Below, piece after piece: positions 63,356 through 64,000 of a stretch of DNA of 64,000 nucleotides (position 1 is its first letter; each line of letters starts with the position of its first letter). This stretch comes from Malacoraja senta (lineage: Eukaryota): contig CM075978.1 in the NCBI GenBank assembly GCA_038087875.1, forward strand, positions 181,536,001 to 181,600,000, given 5' to 3'. Position numbers and translations under genes: made by a program. The notes under the pieces are model-generated. The model saw only the letters and a list, made by a program, of their open reading frames with translations. It was not told the origin of the DNA and made no database searches.

Positions 63356-64000
63356 CTTGATAAACTGCTTCCTTGATGTCAAAGCCAATCACTCTCCCTC
63401 GTCTTTTGGCATGGCTGAATTCCAACAAATTGACATTTCACTTTGAAAAATAATTAAAAGCTACTAGTTAATTAATCATACCATATACCTAAGATAATCA
63501 TACCATTCATGAAATTTCAAACTTAAATGCATTGAAATATTTAAATAGTCAATTAACAATTCTAAATTACCAGAGTCATTTCTCTTGACTGATTATGTCA
63601 TTGCATGTCATTTGGCACAGGTTAAGTGGGCAGATTCCCCAGGTTTCTGCCATGTAATGGCAGGAGAAATCAGTGCTCTGCCGCTGAACTCATTAAAGTC
63701 GCCAATGTCAGAGCTCGTGAACAATGAAGGCTGTGGGACCATTCATGAACTTTTAGATCCATGTCAATCTACCCTCCCTGCAGAAACATTGTGTTCAACA
63801 TCACTGTGCTACATCTATATAAAATAATTGTTCAGCCACAGAAACTGCACTGCATGCAGTTCTGATTAGCATACAGCATTACAGATTAGAATGTGTTCGG
63901 ATAGGGAAATTATTTGAAAGTATTGCCAGGACTGGAGCATTTTAGGCCAAGGTCGCTCTCTATGGAACAGAAAATGATAGAGGTGTAGAATTTACACTGA

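Noticed and set aside
63585-63827. Possible RFWD3 exon 8 (GFCHVMA resembles GNCRIMA)
   Set aside because: Surrounding residues do not resemble the WD40 start and no convincing acceptor is present; probably chance

Overview
Repeat-rich vertebrate genomic DNA, most likely a cartilaginous fish (skate/ray-like repertoire of CR1, Rex1/Babar, Penelope, V-SINE-type and Tc1 repeats; species not determinable). Two spliced host genes lie on the + strand in the same order and orientation as in mammals. The first is the 3' half of MLKL (necroptosis pseudokinase; six exons, 4257-16492). The second is the 5' half of RFWD3 (RING/coiled-coil E3 ligase; CCAAT/CpG promoter ~46.9-47.4 kb, coding exons 48122-56900; WD40 exons lie beyond the window). 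The penultimate MLKL exon is 140 nt with an apparent 1-nt deletion that breaks the frame. Most of the rest is transposon-derived. The most striking unexplained structure is a Penelope-derived family of ~90-200 bp insertions consisting of little more than a minimal hammerhead-ribozyme motif. They carry 8-15 bp target-site duplications, have 5' ends clustered at the ribozyme core, and some form fold-back hairpins with a shared junction. Other notable structures: two inverted ~1.04-kb TIR elements bracketing RFWD3 exon 7, a modular Helitron-like family, a 186-bp target duplication and multi-level nested insertions. Exon numbers follow the human genes from memory, and all identities were judged by eye.
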